A stretch of 44,461 nucleotides of DNA from Gemmatimonadales bacterium (GTDB taxonomy: Bacteria; Gemmatimonadota; Gemmatimonadetes; Gemmatimonadales; GWC2-71-9), in assembly GCA_035620935.1 (NCBI GenBank), contig DASPFU010000035.1, positions 1-44,461 on the forward strand, read 5' to 3'. The notes under the pieces are model-generated. The model made no database searches and was not told the origin of the DNA. It worked only from the letters and a program-made list of their open reading frames with translations. Shown in pieces: positions 33,357 to 41,607 of the stretch. The stretch's first letter is position 1. Each line of letters begins with the position of its first letter. The position numbers and the translations under genes were made by a program.

Positions 33357-34526
33357 TCACTCGATGGCTTGCAGCAGCGCACCCTTGAGGTACCCCGTCT
33401 CCGGCACCGTCACCAGCTCAGGGTGGTCGGCTGCCGCCCCCGTCCAGGCCACGACCTGCAACCGGCGCTCGGCGTCCGCGGCCGCGTCGGCGAGCATCGC
33501 GGCGAACAGGGTCCGGTTGACGTGGTAGGAGCAGGAGCAGGTGAACAGCGTGCCGCCGGGGGCGAGGATGCGCATCGCGCGGAGGTTCAGCTCCTTGTAC
33601 CCCGCCAGCGCCCGGGGCACGCTGTCCTTCGCCTTGGCGAACGCCGGCGGGTCGATCACGATCGTGTCGAAGCGCTCACCGGTCCGCTCCAGCTCCCGCA
33701 GCAGATCGAAGGCATTGGCCTCCCGCCAGCTGATGTTGCCGAGGCCGTTGAGGGCGGCGTTGCGCGCGCCGCGCGCGAGCGCCTCGGCGCTCTGGTCCAC
33801 GGCCTGCACCGTCCCGGCGCGGCCGGCGAGGTGCAGGGCGAATGAGCCGTGATAGGTGAAGACGTCCAGCGCCCGGCCGCCCGGCGCGGTGTGCTCGGCC
33901 ACGAGCCGGCGGTTCTCCCGCTGGTCGAGGAAGGCCCCCGTCTTCTGCCCGGTCCGCGGAGCGGCGAGGTAGCGCACCCCGTACTCCACGACCTCCACTT
34001 CGTCCGGCACCGCGCCGAACACCACCTCGACGTCCTGCGGCAGCTCCTCGTGGCGGCGGATGGTCGTGTCGTGACGCAGCAGCAGACCGTCGGGCTCCAG
34101 CACGTCGCGGATCGCGTCGAGGACGTCCGCGCGCACGGCCTCGAGTCCCGCCGAGAGCAGCTGCGCCACCACCCAGGGCCCGTAGCGGTCCACCACCAGG
34201 GACGGCAGCCCGTCCCCCTCGGCGTGCACCACGCGGCACGCGGTGGCCGGGACGTCGCGCCGCCGCGCGAGCGCCGCCCCGATCCGGCTGCGCCACCACG
34301 CCCCGTCGATCGTCACGTGGTCGCGCGTGAGCAGTCGCAGGCGGATCTCCGAGGTGGGGGAATAGAGCGCCCGGCCCAGCAGCCGGCCGCGCCGGTCGTG
34401 CACGGTCGCGATGCCGGGGTGGCGCCCCGTCTCCGGCGGCTCGCGCGCCACGTCGGTGCGGTAGATCCAGGGGTGCCCGCGCTGCCAGCGGGCGGCGCCC
34501 CTGGCCGAGACCGTGATCTCGATCAT
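33357..34526 (-). CDS. rlmI: PUA-domain class I SAM-dependent rRNA (cytosine-C5) methyltransferase, RlmI-like
   Basis: The N-terminus is 'RGHPWIYRTDV'. The methyltransferase core has 'ALDVFTYHGSFALHLA' and 'FDTIVIDPPAFAK'. Confidence 0.82.
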   Translation of the reverse strand: MIEITVSARGAARWQRGHPWIYRTDVAREPPETGRHPGIATVHDRRGRLLGRALYSPTSEIRLRLLTRDHVTIDGAWWRSRIGAALARRRDVPATACRVVHAEGDGLPSLVVDRYGPWVVAQLLSAGLEAVRADVLDAIRDVLEPDGLLLRHDTTIRRHEELPQDVEVVFGAVPDEVEVVEYGVRYLAAPRTGQKTGAFLDQRENRRLVAEHTAPGGRALDVFTYHGSFALHLAGRAGTVQAVDQSAEALARGARNAALNGLGNISWREANAFDLLRELERTGERFDTIVIDPPAFAKAKDSVPRALAGYKELNLRAMRILAPGGTLFTCSCSYHVNRTLFAAMLADAAADAERRLQVVAWTGAAADHPELVTVPETGYLKGALLQAIE

Positions 34527-34544
34527 CGGCGATAGCTTTCGGTC

Positions 34545-35177
34545 ATGTCACTCCGTCTCATGGTGATCACCGATCCCGTGCTGCTCGAGGGGCGTGACGG
34601 CGTCGCGGTGTGCCAGCGGGCGGTGCAGGGCGGTGCGACGATGGTCCAGGTCCGCGCCAAGGGCGTGGCCCCCGCCCAGATCGCCGCTTTCACCCGGACG
34701 CTCGTGGCGACGCTGCCCGTGCCCGTGATCGTCAACGACCGCGTGGACGTGGCGCTCGCCGCCGGGGCGGCCGGTGCGCACCTCGGCCAGGACGACGTGC
34801 CCCTCGACGCGCTGCGGCCCCATCTCCCGGCCGACTTCCTGCTCGGCATCTCGGTCGGGTCGCCCGCCGAGGCCGATCGGGTGCGCCACTGGCCCGCCGA
34901 CTACTGGAGCGTGGGCCCGTGCTTCGCGACGGGCACCAAGCCCGACGCGGGGGCGGCCCTGGGGCCGGCCGGGTTCGCCGCGCTGGCTCGCGGCGCGCCG
35001 CCCGGTGTGCCGGTGATCGGCATCGGGGGGGTGACCGCCACCGGTGCGGCGGCGCTGGTGCGGGCCGGGGCCGCCGGCGTGGCCGTCATCGCGGCGGTGC
35101 TCGGCGCGCCGGATCCCGAGCGCGCCGCCCGCGAGATCCGCGACGCGATGGACGGGACCGCGACCGCCCACCCCTAG
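34545..35177 (+). CDS. thiE: Thiamine-phosphate synthase
   Basis: 'LMVITDP', 'MVQVRAKG', 'VNDRVDVALAAGAAGAHLGQDD' and 'VIGIGGV' are typical ThiE motifs. Confidence 0.87.
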   Translation: MSLRLMVITDPVLLEGRDGVAVCQRAVQGGATMVQVRAKGVAPAQIAAFTRTLVATLPVPVIVNDRVDVALAAGAAGAHLGQDDVPLDALRPHLPADFLLGISVGSPAEADRVRHWPADYWSVGPCFATGTKPDAGAALGPAGFAALARGAPPGVPVIGIGGVTATGAAALVRAGAAGVAVIAAVLGAPDPERAAREIRDAMDGTATAHP

Positions 35178-36190
35178 CGGCCTCGCCGGAGCTTCCGGAT
35201 CGCCTCGAGGTGCTGGGCGTACGTCGTGGAGAAGACGTGCTTGCCGTCGGGCTGCGCCACGAAATAGAGGTACGGGACCGCCTTGGGGAACAGCGCCGCC
35301 TCGATGCTGGCGATCCCCGGCTGACTGATCGGGCCCGGCGGCAGCCCGGTATGGAGGTAGGTGTTGTACGGGGACCGGACCCGCAGGTGTTTCTCCCATA
35401 CCCGTGGCAGGCGGCGGCCGTGCGCGTAGATGACGGTCGGGTCGGCCTGGAGGGCCATGCCGCGGCGCAGGCGATTGTGGTAGACCGCCGAGACGTACTC
35501 CCGGTCCGGGCCGTAGCGCACCTCGGCCTCCACGATCGACGCCAGCGTGACGACCTGGTGGCGCGTCAGGCCGATCGCGGCGAGACGCGCGTCCCACTCG
35601 GGGCGCCAGTGGTCGCGGAATTCCTGGGTCATCACGCGCACCAGGTCGGCCGCGCCGATCCCCACCGGCAGCTGGTAGGTCGTGGGGAACAGGTAGCCCT
35701 CGGCGGTCGACGCGATCCCGGCGAGGCCGAGGTCGGCCAGCACGGCGGGGTCGGCCGCGGCGGCGCGGAACGAATCGGCCGGGATCCGGAGACGGGTCGC
35801 GAGCCCCGCGACCTCGTACAGCATGAGCCCCTCGGGGACGGCCCACCGGACCTCGACGCCGCGACCGACCTTCAGCGCGCGCACCACCTGGCCGTAGTCC
35901 GCGGCCACCGGCAGGCGATAGGTGCCGCTCTTCAGGCTGCCGGGCAGGCCGCGCGCCCGCCCGTACACCGCGAACAGCCAGCGCGAGCCGATCACGCCGT
36001 GGGTAGCCAGCGAATCGACGGCCGCGGCGAACGACGCGCCGCGCGGGACGGTGACGGTGACGCAGGCGGCCTGCGGGGCCTCGTTGCCGCACTCGGGGGC
36101 CGGTGACCCGCAGGCGAGGAGGAGCAGCGGGGCAATGCGGAACGCGGAATGGCGAATGCGGAATCGATCGAGCGCGCGTCGATTCCGCAT
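35174..36190 (-). CDS. mltG: Endolytic murein transglycosylase MltG (YceG-like), lipoprotein-type signal
   Basis: The YceG motifs 'EGYLFPTTYQLP' and 'LASIVEAE' are present, with the lipobox-like 'LLLLACG'. The start at ATG 36190 is uncertain because the first 19 codons lie inside a heptamer palindrome. Confidence 0.82.
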   Translation of the reverse strand: MRNRRALDRFRIRHSAFRIAPLLLLACGSPAPECGNEAPQAACVTVTVPRGASFAAAVDSLATHGVIGSRWLFAVYGRARGLPGSLKSGTYRLPVAADYGQVVRALKVGRGVEVRWAVPEGLMLYEVAGLATRLRIPADSFRAAAADPAVLADLGLAGIASTAEGYLFPTTYQLPVGIGAADLVRVMTQEFRDHWRPEWDARLAAIGLTRHQVVTLASIVEAEVRYGPDREYVSAVYHNRLRRGMALQADPTVIYAHGRRLPRVWEKHLRVRSPYNTYLHTGLPPGPISQPGIASIEAALFPKAVPYLYFVAQPDGKHVFSTTYAQHLEAIRKLRRGR

Positions 36191-36212
36191 TCCGCATTCC
36201 ACATTCCGCACT
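36134..36212. repeat. Long imperfect palindrome of tandem CGGAATG-type heptamers
   Basis: The left arm is AATGCGG AACGCGG AATGGCG AATGCGG AATCGA. The loop is gcgcgcg flanked by ATCGA/TCGAT. The right arm is TCGATT CCGCATT CCGCATT CCACATT CCGCACT. Confidence 0.85.
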
Positions 36213-36213
36213 G

Positions 36214-36645
36214 TCACGATTCGGCGCCCCGACCGGCGTCCAGGTAATGCTGCAGCATCACCGCCGCCGCCAGCGCGTCCACGTCGTCCTTGCGGCCCCG
36301 CGTCGATCCGCCCATCTCCCGGACGGTGCGCAGGGCACGGGCCGTGGTGAGGCGCTCGTCCCACAGCTCGACCGGCAGCCCGCTGCGGCGGGCGATGTCA
36401 GCGGCGAGCTGGCGGGCCGCCGCGGCCGCCTCCCCTTCCTCGCCGTGCTCGTCGAGCGGGAGGCCGACGACGATCCCCGACACGCCGTGCGCGGTGCAGT
36501 GGGCGAGGAGCTGCTGCATCGGGAAGCGTTTCCCCGGACGTCGCGTGAGGGTGGCGAGGGGCCGGGCGATGATGCGCGTCTCGTCGGTCAGGGCGAGGCC
36601 GATGCGACGCTCGCCCCAGTCCACGCCGAGCAGGCGGCCGTTCAC
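36214..36645 (-). CDS. ruvX: Holliday-junction resolvase-like nuclease RuvX/YqgF
   Basis: It has '[17 protein letters not shown]' and '[13 protein letters not shown]'. 143 aa; overlaps the rho stop by 4 nt. Confidence 0.9.
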   Translation of the reverse strand: MNGRLLGVDWGERRIGLALTDETRIIARPLATLTRRPGKRFPMQQLLAHCTAHGVSGIVVGLPLDEHGEEGEAAAAARQLAADIARRSGLPVELWDERLTTARALRTVREMGGSTRGRKDDVDALAAAVMLQHYLDAGRGAES

Positions 36646-37901
36646 CCCTGGGCCATCGTGGCGAAGAACTCCTGGTTGGTCTTGGTGCGCTTCATCCGTT
36701 CGAGCAGGAATTCGATCGCCTCGACCGGCGGCATGTCGGCCAGGAAGTTCCGCAGCAGGTAGATCTTGTTGAGCTCGTCCTTGGACAGCAGCAGCTCTTC
36801 CTTGCGGGTGCTGGTCTTCTGGGTGTCGATGGCCGGGAAGGTGCGCCGCTCGGCGATGCGCCGGTCGAGCACCACTTCGGAGTTGCCGGTGCCCTTGAAC
36901 TCCTCGAAGATCACCTCGTCCATCCGCGACCCGGTATCGATCAGGGCGGTGCCGATGATCGTGAGCGAGCCGCCCCCTTCGATCTTCCGCGCCGCGCCGA
37001 AGAAGCGCTTGGGCTTCTGCAGGGCGTTGGCGTCCACGCCGCCGGACAGGATCTTGCCCGAGTGCGGCACCACGACGTTGTGCGCGCGGCCCATGCGGGT
37101 GATCGAGTCCAGCAGGATCACGACGTCGCGGCCGTGCTCCACCAGACGCTTCGCCTTCTCGATCACCATGTCGGCCACCTGCACGTGACGGTCGGCGGGC
37201 TCGTCGAACGTGGACGAGATGACCTCCACGTTGGGCCCCTTCACGTTCTCCTCCATGTCGGTGACCTCCTCGGGCCGCTCGTCGATGAGCAGCACGATGA
37301 GGTACACCTCCGGGTGGTTCTCGATGATCGAATTGGCGAGCTTCTGGAGGAGGATGGTCTTGCCGGCCTTGGGTGGCGACACGATCAGCGCGCGCTGGCC
37401 TTTGCCGATGGGACAGAGCAGGTCCATCACCCGCATCGAGAGGTCGCCATCCTTGCGCTCGAGCCGGATGCGCTCTTCGGGGTACCGCGGCCGCAGGTTC
37501 TCGAACGCGACCCGGTGCTTGGCCTTCTCCGGCTCCTCCCCGTTGACCGTCTCGACCTTCAGCAGGGCGAGGTAGCGCTCGCCTTCCTTGGGGGGACGCA
37601 CCTGGCCGAGCACCGTATCGCCCGTGCGCAGGTCGAAGCGCTTGATCTGGCTCGGCGAGACGTAGATGTCGTCCGGGCCGTAGAGGTAGTTCCAGTCGGG
37701 GCTGCGCAGGAACCCGTAACCCTCCGGGAGGATCTCCAGCACGCCCTCGCCGCGGAGCACGGTGTCGGTGTCGAGCAGCGATTGTTCGATGCGGAAGATG
37801 AGATCCTGCTTGCGGAGGCCGGAGTAGTTCGTGATGTTCAGGCTCTCCGCCATCGCGTGCAGTTCCGCGACGGACTTCCTCTTCAGTTCGGCGATATCCA
37901 C
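36642..37901 (-). CDS. rho: Transcription termination factor Rho
   Basis: The N-terminus is '[19 protein letters not shown]', followed by an OB fold. The Walker A is '[17 protein letters not shown]', with '[10 protein letters not shown]' and 'VILLDSITR' downstream. Confidence 0.97.
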   Translation of the reverse strand: MDIAELKRKSVAELHAMAESLNITNYSGLRKQDLIFRIEQSLLDTDTVLRGEGVLEILPEGYGFLRSPDWNYLYGPDDIYVSPSQIKRFDLRTGDTVLGQVRPPKEGERYLALLKVETVNGEEPEKAKHRVAFENLRPRYPEERIRLERKDGDLSMRVMDLLCPIGKGQRALIVSPPKAGKTILLQKLANSIIENHPEVYLIVLLIDERPEEVTDMEENVKGPNVEVISSTFDEPADRHVQVADMVIEKAKRLVEHGRDVVILLDSITRMGRAHNVVVPHSGKILSGGVDANALQKPKRFFGAARKIEGGGSLTIIGTALIDTGSRMDEVIFEEFKGTGNSEVVLDRRIAERRTFPAIDTQKTSTRKEELLLSKDELNKIYLLRNFLADMPPVEAIEFLLERMKRTKTNQEFFATMAQG

Positions 37902-38004
37902 GTGCGGGGGTGCTCCGTGGCCTGCGGGGAGGCAGGCGATTGGGGGGAATGGGGTACGGTTGTGCGGTTACGCGTTGACCGCGCGGCGGTCAGGAATCTG
38001 CGGG

Positions 38005-39165
38005 ATGTGTCGAGGTCACTATGCTAGGGGTCGGGCCGACGTGAGTCAAGAGCAGGGGGGGGACCTGGCGTCCTGCTTGGTGGCGTGGCGTACCACCCAG
38101 CTCCGGGACCGGCAAGTCGTTGATGCGCTTGTACATCCAGACCATGCGGCGCCGTCCGCGGAGCTGTCCCACCACCTCGCCAGCTGGCCCGGTCCGGCCT
38201 ACTGGTCCGACGAGGCGGACGGCCGCCACCTCGTCCTGACCCGGCGGTGGCCCCGCGCGCCGGAGCGCTGGGCCCTGCACGCCGGGCTGCTCATCGCGAC
38301 GCTGTGCACCACGACGTACGCCGGAGCGATACTCGCCGGTGCGATCCAGCCGGGGCACCTCCTTGGCCTGTTCACCGAGCTCGCGCCGACCCGGGACGCG
38401 CTGCGCGCCTGGGCCACGGGGCTGACGTTCTCCCTGCCGCTCGTCGCCATCCTGCTCGCCCACGAGCTGGGCCATTACCTCACGGCGCGCCGCTACGGAC
38501 TCGATGCCTCGCCGCCGTACTTCATCCCCGTGCCGCTCTGGCCGTCGTTCATCGGCACGATGGGCGCGTTCATCCGGCTGCGCACCGTGCTGTCCGACCG
38601 GCGCCAGCTGATCGATGTCGGGGCCGCGGGTCCGTTCGCCGGTTTCGTGGTCGCGCTCCCGGTGCTGGCGCTCGGCCTGGCGCGATCCGAGCCGCTGCCG
38701 GCGGTCGTGGGACTCCAGGGGATGGTCATCTGGTTCGGCGCCCTGCCGGTGGAGCTCGGGGACTCGCTCGTGACGCTGGCGTTGCGCCGGCTCGTCGGAT
38801 CGAGCGCGACCTCGGTCGCGCTCGATCCGCTGGCGTTCGCCGGCTGGGTGGGGATGATGGTCACGATGCTCAACCTCCTGCCCATCGCCCAGCTCGACGG
38901 CGGCCACGTGCTGTACGCCGCCGTGCCGGCGTGGCACCGCCCGCTGGCCGCGGGATTCTGGGGCCTGCTGCTCGTGCTGGGCTGGTTCGGGTGGATCGGA
39001 TGGGCGGTGTGGGCGGTGCTGGTGCTCGCGTTGTCGCGCGGGCGGCTCGGTCACCCGCCGGTGCTCGACGGGATCCGGCCCCTGCCGCGATCGCGCCATG
39101 CGGTGGCGCTGGGTGCGCTGCTCCTGTTCGCGATCACCTTCGCGCCGGTGCCGTTCAGGATCTGA
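38005..39165 (+). CDS. Site-2 protease family (M50) membrane metalloprotease
   Basis: The 'LLAHELGHYLTARRYG' HExxH motif sits in a TM helix, with multiple hydrophobic segments and 'LLPIAQLDGGHV'. The start is uncertain (ATG 38005 or GTG 38041); the track start at 37831 would overlap rho. Confidence 0.8.
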   Translation: MCRGHYARGRADVSQEQGGDLASCLVAWRTTQLRDRQVVDALVHPDHAAPSAELSHHLASWPGPAYWSDEADGRHLVLTRRWPRAPERWALHAGLLIATLCTTTYAGAILAGAIQPGHLLGLFTELAPTRDALRAWATGLTFSLPLVAILLAHELGHYLTARRYGLDASPPYFIPVPLWPSFIGTMGAFIRLRTVLSDRRQLIDVGAAGPFAGFVVALPVLALGLARSEPLPAVVGLQGMVIWFGALPVELGDSLVTLALRRLVGSSATSVALDPLAFAGWVGMMVTMLNLLPIAQLDGGHVLYAAVPAWHRPLAAGFWGLLLVLGWFGWIGWAVWAVLVLALSRGRLGHPPVLDGIRPLPRSRHAVALGALLLFAITFAPVPFRI

Positions 39166-39240
39166 GGGACGGGGGAGGAGGGACGAGGGACGGGTGCCAC
39201 CGAATGCGCCCGTCCCTCGTCCCCCGTCCCTGCTCCCTGC
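39164..39240 (+). terminator. Heptamer-built hairpin (GGGACGR units) directly after the M50 stop; no T-tract
   Basis: GGGACGAGGGACGGG (39180-39194) pairs perfectly with CCCGTCCCTCGTCCC (39209-39223) around a 14-nt loop. Both arms continue outward as imperfect 7-nt units. Confidence 0.6.
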
Positions 39241-39254
39241 TGTGGCCGAACCTA

Positions 39255-39290
39255 TTGCGTCAGCGTCGCTTAGTCTTATCTTTGCGCAAA
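39255..39290 (+). promoter_or_regulatory. Putative promoter TTGCGT-16 nt-TATCTT with adjacent palindrome TTTGCGCAAA
   Basis: TTGCGT is at 39255-39260 and TATCTT at 39277-39282. A perfect 10-bp palindrome lies at 39281-39290, about 18 nt upstream of ATG 39308. Confidence 0.4.
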
Positions 39291-39307
39291 CCAGCCTACG
39301 GCTCGGC

Positions 39308-39589
39308 ATGCCCGCACAACCGGCTCGCCATCTCGTTCCCGCGAACACCCCGGTCGTCCACGAACTGCCCAGCATCCGTTTCGATGGGAACGAGGTCCCC
39401 GTGCGGCTCGCCGTCCGCCAGACGGAAGACGGGATGTGGCGCGGCCGGGTGCATTTCGGGGCGGAGGACACCGAGGGCGAGCGGTCCACCGCCGAGATCT
39501 TCTGCGCGGCCTCCGAGCAGGACCTGTGGGAGTCGGTGCGCGATCTGCGCGACCATCACCTCCGAGATCTGTACCGCTCGCTGATTTGA
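39308..39589 (+). CDS. Orphan hypothetical protein (93 aa)
   Basis: This is the in-frame 3' part of track ORF 39098..39589, starting at ATG 39308. It has high G/C third-position bias and a balanced composition ('...FDGNEVPVRLAVRQTEDGMWRGRVHFG...EQDLWESVRDLRDHHLRDLYRSLI'). I recognise no family. Confidence 0.55.
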   Translation: MPAQPARHLVPANTPVVHELPSIRFDGNEVPVRLAVRQTEDGMWRGRVHFGAEDTEGERSTAEIFCAASEQDLWESVRDLRDHHLRDLYRSLI

Positions 39590-39590
39590 C

Positions 39591-39682
39591 GGGAGCCGGG
39601 AGCCGGGAGCCGGGAGCCGTTCGGCTGGGGTCGGCACCCCGCCGCGCGCGAGGAGCGTCCGGCTCTCGGCTCCCGGCTCCCG
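39591..39682 (+). terminator. Heptamer-built hairpin: (GGGAGCC)x4 opposed to GGCTCTC GGCTCCC GGCTCCC; no T-tract
   Basis: The left arm is 39591-39619 and the right arm 39660-39682. The 40-nt loop contains its own hairpin GGGGT-cggc-ACCCC. The element starts 2 nt after the TGA of the 93-aa ORF. Confidence 0.6.
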
Positions 39683-39918
39683 ACATGTCGAGGCTCACCC
39701 CCACCACGTGATCCGGATTCACCGTCCCCGCTTCAGTTGGACCGCCCGCTGGTGGCGTCCGCGGCGGACCCTCGTGGCTCTGCGTCGCTGGACTCCCTGG
39801 CGCAGGCGGCGGTCGCCCTTCTGAGAAGAAACGGTCCCTATCCGGGGCCAATGTGACGGTCTAGCAGGGTGTTAGGGCTCTCCTTATCTTGAGCAGGCTT
39901 CCTCCCCATCGGGTGATC

Positions 39919-41607
39919 ATGCAGAACCCGACCCGCGCTCGGGCGGTCATTGCGTTGGCCGCCGTGCTCGCCGTCGCCACGTGCTCGTTCCCGGACGACC
40001 AGAGTGGGAGCGTCTACGTCGTCGTCGCCCAGTCGGACACCCTGGTAGCCCGGGGTGTCCTCGGCGACGGCGAGACGGAGTCCCTCTCGGCCCGGGCCTA
40101 CCAGCTGGTCGGGGCGACCGCCGACTCCGGCACCGGGGACGACGTCGAGATCCGCAACATCGACTTCTTCTGGTCCAGCGACAACGTGGGGATCGCGACC
40201 GTGCAGGGCGATACGCCGGGCGGCGCGGGCGTGACCGGGGTGGCCCCGGGGGTCGTGGTGGTCCGTGCGACGCCCAAGCAGTACCAGGGCGCGACCGAGG
40301 GCACCACCGCGTTGCGTGTGGTCGGCCTGTACGCCGTCGACTCGGTGCGTCCCGCGCAGGCGCGGTACGGTGAGAAGGTGACCCTCTTCGGCGTGCGGAT
40401 GAACCTGACGCTCGGGGCCTCGCTCGCGGGCCAGAACCTCTTCCTCGACCCGTTCTCGTTCCAGGGGAACCGGGACGGGCTGGGGCGGATCGAGCTGTGG
40501 GTGCCGCCCCGCGCCACCTCGGCGCGGTTGACGTTCCTCGGGCCCGGCGTGTTCGGCCAGAGCGACAGCGTCGCCGTCACGGAGCGCGACCTGTACGAGC
40601 CCGACTCCGCCCTCGCGGCGCGCATCGACATCAACGGGGCGGGTGGACAGCCGACCATCGGGGAGAAGCTCACGCTGTTCTACAACCCGGCCCTGTTCTA
40701 CGAACCCGTGCCGATCGGCGGGCAGGCGGTCGACTGGTTCCGCTTCGTGCGCGCCGACACCACGCAGGCCGTCACCTTCATCCTCAATTCGACGGTCCTC
40801 AACGACACGGCGTTCTCCTACCTGTCCGACACCATCGAGTTCAGCGGCGGTGCGTACTTCGTCGTGTCCGGCTCGTTCATCCACTCGCCCGGCTTCTACG
40901 TGTGCGAGGACCGGTTCTTCTTCCCGTTCGAGGAACGGTCCGTCTCGACCATCATCGCGCTGCGGGACCTGCCCGACACGTCGCTCCAGCTGCTGTCGTT
41001 CTACGCGCGGGACGGTCGCTACGAGCTGGCCGCGGTGCGGGGGTACCATACGGTGGACCGCCGCATCGGGCCGGACCGCTTCGAGGAGAACGACATCTGG
41101 TGCAAGTACGCGGACCGCAACTTCGCCGATCCGACGCGGCAGATCGTGATCGGGGCGGCGACGCCGCTGTTCGCCGACACGCTGACCATCGACAACCCGC
41201 ACGACATCGACTGGTACCGTTTCCGGGTGACGCTGGCCGACACGGTCACGGTGCAGACCAAGCCCCGCCCCCTGGGGGGCGTCGATGCGTCCGACATCGA
41301 CCTGTACCTGCTGCGGGCGTCGGATTTCGTCCAGCTCGGCACCGACCAGGCCGCGGGATCGTTCGGCAAGGTCAAGCTGTTCCTCAACGCCGGGGACTAC
41401 TACGTCGGTGTGGTGGATCGCATCGGCGTGCCGACCCGCTACGCGATGTGCATCGTGAAGGGCGTCGCGTGCACGCCTCCCGGCAGCGCACCGGCGGCGA
41501 TGTCCGTCGTCGCGCCGCGCGCCGCCGAGTCAGTCGTGCGGGACGCGACCATCCCGCCGCCGTCGGTGACCGGTGACCGCAGGAGGCTGCCATCACCGCG
41601 CCCCTAG
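39919..41607 (+). CDS. Lipoprotein with a Big_2-like Ig domain and pre-peptidase C-terminal (PPC)-like domains
   Basis: The lipobox is 'LAVATCS'. 'FFWSSDNVGIATVQGDTPGGAGVTGVAPGVVVVRATP' is Big_2-like. 'DIDWYRFRV...DIDLYLL...GDYYVGVV' is PPC-like, with an earlier 'VDWFRFV'. Confidence 0.68.
   Translation: MQNPTRARAVIALAAVLAVATCSFPDDQSGSVYVVVAQSDTLVARGVLGDGETESLSARAYQLVGATADSGTGDDVEIRNIDFFWSSDNVGIATVQGDTPGGAGVTGVAPGVVVVRATPKQYQGATEGTTALRVVGLYAVDSVRPAQARYGEKVTLFGVRMNLTLGASLAGQNLFLDPFSFQGNRDGLGRIELWVPPRATSARLTFLGPGVFGQSDSVAVTERDLYEPDSALAARIDINGAGGQPTIGEKLTLFYNPALFYEPVPIGGQAVDWFRFVRADTTQAVTFILNSTVLNDTAFSYLSDTIEFSGGAYFVVSGSFIHSPGFYVCEDRFFFPFEERSVSTIIALRDLPDTSLQLLSFYARDGRYELAAVRGYHTVDRRIGPDRFEENDIWCKYADRNFADPTRQIVIGAATPLFADTLTIDNPHDIDWYRFRVTLADTVTVQTKPRPLGGVDASDIDLYLLRASDFVQLGTDQAAGSFGKVKLFLNAGDYYVGVVDRIGVPTRYAMCIVKGVACTPPGSAPAAMSVVAPRAAESVVRDATIPPPSVTGDRRRLPSPRP

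Noticed and set aside
33345-33360. Sigma54-type promoter at cTGGCACctgctcac
   Set aside because: TGGCAC is present, but the -12 element (TTGC at the correct 5-nt spacing) is missing, and no plus-strand gene lies downstream.
34527-34544. TPP riboswitch upstream of thiE
   Set aside because: Only 18 nt separate thiE from the divergent rlmI start, and a riboswitch needs about 100 nt.
36134-39682. CRISPR array as an explanation for the short repeats
   Set aside because: The units are 7 nt and directly abutting, with no spacers, the arms are mutually inverted, and there are no cas genes. This is not a CRISPR architecture.
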